A stretch of DNA of 63,655 bases, the filler included, from Neoconidiobolus thromboides FSU 785 (Eukaryota; Fungi; Entomophthoromycota): assembly GCA_025603075.1 (NCBI GenBank). It is 7 parts of 7 records of this genome, joined end to end, with 100 filler letters (N's around TTAATTAATTAA, not from the genome) between each part and the next. Parts side by side here need not be neighbours in the genome. Positions count along the whole stretch, not along the records: positions 56,768 to 63,655 come from MU626718.1; 6 more parts are not named here. One strand, written 5' to 3'. Position numbers and translations under genes: made by a program. How positions within the stretch are numbered: position 1 is the stretch's first letter; each line of letters starts with the position of its first letter. The notes beneath the pieces were generated by a model. That model was not told where the DNA came from and made no database searches. It was given only the letters and a program-made list of their open reading frames with translations. Below, one piece after another: positions 59,892 to 63,655 of this stretch.

Positions 59892-61461
59892 TATATTATT
59901 TTTCTACTTCTATTTAATATAGATATATTATCTGATAGCTATCTATTATTACTGTCTTTTGTACTTCTGATAATAGGTTAAAATATCAAAATATTATTAT
60001 ATTTAGATAACCACATCAATTTACATATATATTAAATTCAAAACTCTTACATTCATCAAAAAAAAAATACTGAAGCTATAGTTGATAATAGTGTTACTTA
60101 TTGGCTCTTATTTCTTGTTTTCCTCAAAGCACTAATTTTATACATTATTTGATTAAGTTTATTAATAATAAACTTTAATATTATTTCTTTTTTTCTATCA
60201 TAAAATTCCATAAACTTTTGGTTATTATAAATGGTTGTTAAAAGCAATATAAATAAATTACAATATTTATATTGTGTGCTTCTACTTATGATTGAAGTTT
60301 TTAAAAAATTTATTTACAAAACTTTGCATTTTGTTTTTACTTCAGCAAAAAATAAAGTTAAATAGCTATATATTTATTATATATTTAAAAAATAATAATT
60401 GAAATGTATCTTTTAGGTGAATTTTTTTACTCAATTTTAACTAATTATACATTTAAGGACTCATAAATTTCAGATAAAGTTTGAATTTTTAACTAAATTC
60501 TGAAACTAATCCAGACATCTCCACTTTTATTTATTTATTTATTTAATAATTAAAATAAACTTTTTATTAATGATATATAAAATATAATTGGCCATATTAA
60601 TTTTATTGTAACATTCAATGACAAAAATTTTATTAAATTGGCAAGATAATATAATTCACTTAAAAATTCATGGTTAAAATTGATACTCCGTATAATATAT
60701 TAAAATCCCATTTGTGATATTGAAGCTTAAAAAAAGTAACTACATAATAAATACAAATCCTTCAAAAGATATTAAATCTAAGCTAACTTAAAACTAGTAT
60801 CTTTAAGCCAATACTTTACTAATTCGTTGTTTCAATTATATTAATAAATATTTATATAAAACATCTCATAGTAAAATTTCAAAGACATGCTTGCTCTACC
60901 CAAAACCTTTATTTTCAAATGACCAATCTATATATAGAAATATTCTTTAGCTTTGATGTTACACTATTTTTTGAATTCAGGTATCGTGTTAAACTTTACA
61001 TAAAGCTATGATGTGGTAATACCTGTATGCCCACAATTAAGATACTGTATATCACAATCAATTTAATTTACACTTATAGTCAAGCAATTGTATCAAATAT
61101 CAAAAGTTTACGAGTTTAAAAGTCTACGAAAATCAAGATTTTAATGACATTACACGTGGGAAAAAAAACTATCCAAGAATAGTTTTGAAGTTGGTTTAAG
61201 CTAACTAAAAATATTTTCCACATCATTGAAAAAAATTTAATAATAAGATGGATGGTTCTTAAAGAATTTTTAATCGCTAACATAACATATATATTAAATA
61301 CCATAAAAATTTTGTTTTACTAAACTACAATATTAAGAAAATGACCAACACATGCTAAAACTCAATAATTATAGCAATTATACATCCAGAATATATATTA
61401 AAACGAAGTATATAAATAAAATTATACTGTGCATAGTTGAACAATACTGTTGATTCAAAAT

Positions 61462-62415
61462 ATGAAAACAATTTCAATACTAATTACTACCTTATTAGCT
61501 TCTAACCAGATATTAACTGCAAATGTTACACAGCAGGATTATTTTGTTCAGTTTAAACAAAGTCTTGAGACATTAACTAAGAATGTACAACCTCCTAAAA
61601 GCCAAGATAGTAGATTAACTGAGGTATCATTAATTCAACCAGGAAACGAAGCTGACGGAAAAATCTATGCTAGATTCGCAGGTGCTTCCTACTGCTCTAA
61701 TGATAGCATCGCTAGCTGGAAGTGTACTCATTGTTTAAAAATCCAGAATTTAATTGAAGATGTTAAAATATTTGAAGATGGAGCTACAGAGACTAAAGGG
61801 TATATCGCACTAAATAAGGATCGCAAAGAAATTATTATATCATTCCGTGGTAGCTCCAACACGCAAAATTGGCTATTAAATGCTCAAATTGGAAAAGTAT
61901 CAGCATCTTTTGGTAGATCTTCTTATAATGTTCATGGTGGTTTTAAAAGGGCAACAGATGCTTTATTCCCTGTTGTTTCGTCTAACTTAAAATCATTATT
62001 ATCTTCTTATCCTCAATATAATGTAGTCGTTACTGGACATAGCTTAGGAGCTTCTATAGCTGATTTGATGGCATTAAGGTTTAAGTATGAGTTAAATATA
62101 GGTGATAATCAGCTACGACTTTACACTTATGGCTCTCCAAGGGTTGGAGATCCTACTTTTGCTAGATTCGTTAATCAAAATGGTTTTACTGTTGGAAGAT
62201 TTGTCAATGCAAATGATGTTGTACCTCATCTTCCCCCAGAAATCAACAATTATAGCCACCACCAACAAGAACTTTGGGCAAACGGAATGACTACTAAGCT
62301 TTGCAGCACTTCTTCTTTAGAAGATACTAGCTGCTCTTATAAAGAATGGTATCGCCCTAGTTCAGATGCTCATCTTAAAATTTGGGACATTGCATTAGGC
62401 AATGCCAGTTGTTAA
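61462..62415 (+). CDS. Secreted class-3 (Rhizomucor-type) lipase, intronless
   Basis: ATG at 61462, signal peptide, SFRGS lid region, TGHSLG nucleophile, NANDVVPHLP acid, C-terminal His (SDAH). Confidence 0.93.
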   Translation: MKTISILITTLLASNQILTANVTQQDYFVQFKQSLETLTKNVQPPKSQDSRLTEVSLIQPGNEADGKIYARFAGASYCSNDSIASWKCTHCLKIQNLIEDVKIFEDGATETKGYIALNKDRKEIIISFRGSSNTQNWLLNAQIGKVSASFGRSSYNVHGGFKRATDALFPVVSSNLKSLLSSYPQYNVVVTGHSLGASIADLMALRFKYELNIGDNQLRLYTYGSPRVGDPTFARFVNQNGFTVGRFVNANDVVPHLPPEINNYSHHQQELWANGMTTKLCSTSSLEDTSCSYKEWYRPSSDAHLKIWDIALGNASC

Positions 62416-62774
62416 TTTATATAAATCTGGGATTTATTTTAATTTTTTTAGGGGGATCACAAGGCTATTTTTGAATAAAATTTAATAAATGTTTAGTATT
62501 AAATAAATTTTTTAAACGTTATAGTCTATTGGTTTCTATTTGTATATCCACTTTAAATCTAGACCTCCTCGTTAATTTTTCTGGTTGTGATATACATTGG
62601 TTTCCCGTAATGTGTAACTATGGACAAATATAACCCTTATGTAATGCTCTTTTATTTTTAAATACTTTACCCCATAGTAGAATAAGATTGTTAAATTCAA
62701 AATTAGATTTTTAATCATAATTTATAAGAAACTGAAATAGAAAAATTCTACATAGAAATTATTATTTATTAATT

Positions 62775-63655
62775 TTAACAAGCTCCATTACCAAGAGAAA
62801 TATCCCACATTCTACGATGAGCTTGGACACTAGGGCGATACCATTCTTGGTAAGAGCAGTCTTCATCTTCTAAGTAATCAGCACTACAAAGCTTAGTATC
62901 ATACCCATTTACCCAAAGTTCGCGTTGATGATGATTATAGTCACTGATTTCAGCTGGAAGATGGGGTACAACATCATTTTCATTAACAAATCTACCAATG
63001 GTGAAGCCATGTCGGTTGACAAATCTAGCGAAATCAGGATCTCCAATTCTTGGTCCACCATAAGTATAAAGGTTTAGTTTATTGTTTGGAACATTTAACT
63101 CATATTTAACTCTCAAGGCTATCAAAGAAGCAATAGCAGCACCTAAACTGTGTCCAGTAATCACAACTTTATATTGAGGGTAAGAAGATTGAAGAGATTT
63201 CAAGTTAGAGGAAACAACTGGGAATAAGTTATCAGTCACTTTTTTGAAACCACCATGAACATAGTAGGAATTACCACCAAATCTTATTGGTACTTTTCCA
63301 GTTTGAGCATTAATCAACCAATTTTGAAGATTAGCACTGCCACGGAAAGAAACAATGATTTCCTTTCTGTTATTATTAACCACAAAGTACCCTTTAGTTT
63401 GAGTAGATACATCCTCAAATATCCCAATTTTACCTAATCTACCAGTGACATAAACGCAGTGAGTACACTGCCAAGAAGTGATGCTCTCATTATCACAATA
63501 AGCTGCACCAGCAAATCTAGCATAAGCTTTTCCATTAGCTACGTTTCCTGGGACAATATAAGATGATTCATAAAACCTAGTAGTACCATTCTTTGGTGGT
63601 TCAACATGGTGGGTCATAAGCTCTAAGTTCTCTTCAAACACCTTGAAGTAGTCTT
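62775..63655 (-). CDS. Class-3 lipase paralogue; 5' end beyond the window
   Basis: SFRGS, TGHSLG, NENDVVPHLP, QAH; frame open to the window edge (QDYF.., homologous to QQDYF of lipase 1). Confidence 0.93.
   Translation of the reverse strand, partial: DYFKVFEENLELMTHHVEPPKNGTTRFYESSYIVPGNVANGKAYARFAGAAYCDNESITSWQCTHCVYVTGRLGKIGIFEDVSTQTKGYFVVNNNRKEIIVSFRGSANLQNWLINAQTGKVPIRFGGNSYYVHGGFKKVTDNLFPVVSSNLKSLQSSYPQYKVVITGHSLGAAIASLIALRVKYELNVPNNKLNLYTYGGPRIGDPDFARFVNRHGFTIGRFVNENDVVPHLPAEISDYNHHQRELWVNGYDTKLCSADYLEDEDCSYQEWYRPSVQAHRRMWDISLGNGAC

Noticed and set aside
43620-63655. Trypsin, oxidase, lipases and secreted repeat proteins as one virulence cluster
   Set aside because: They lie on different contigs joined by artificial spacers; only the MCO and lipases are demonstrably linked.

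Overview
AT-rich eukaryotic (fungal) genomic DNA with short GT-AG introns (about 45-70 nt). The gene content (secreted trypsin, class-3 lipases, multicopper oxidase, OPT/POT peptide transporters, RNI-like LRR protein) fits an early-diverging fungus, probably an entomophthoralean such as Conidiobolus or a relative; this taxonomy is inference. The window is NOT one contiguous locus. Six 100-bp spacers (N-run + TTAATTAATTAA + N-run) join seven contigs (1-21522, 21623-22883, 22984-43519, 43620-49691, 49792-51150, 51251-56667, 56768-end), so adjacency across spacers is not evidence of linkage. About 25 complete or partial protein genes and one tRNA-Lys(CTT) are supportable. Highlights: (1) two contigs are each bounded by near-identical inverted gene copies ending at the same base, which could be invertible or gene-converted segments, or an assembly-graph effect; (2) a ~100-bp TGGGG...CCCCA MITE family with at least 18 copies and mostly TA flanks; (3) a mariner transposase relic whose motifs look eroded by C>T/G>A transitions (RIP- or methylation-like); (4) a ~460-bp solo-LTR family; (5) a CENATAC/CCDC84 (minor-spliceosome factor) orthologue not visible as one ORF; (6) secreted repeat proteins (His/Asp/Tyr-rich; ADVKANV beta-type repeats, with a paralogue cut by one in-frame TAA); (7) a multicopper oxidase with Lys at the type-1 Cu axial position. 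No CRISPR array, rRNA or intact transposase is seen.
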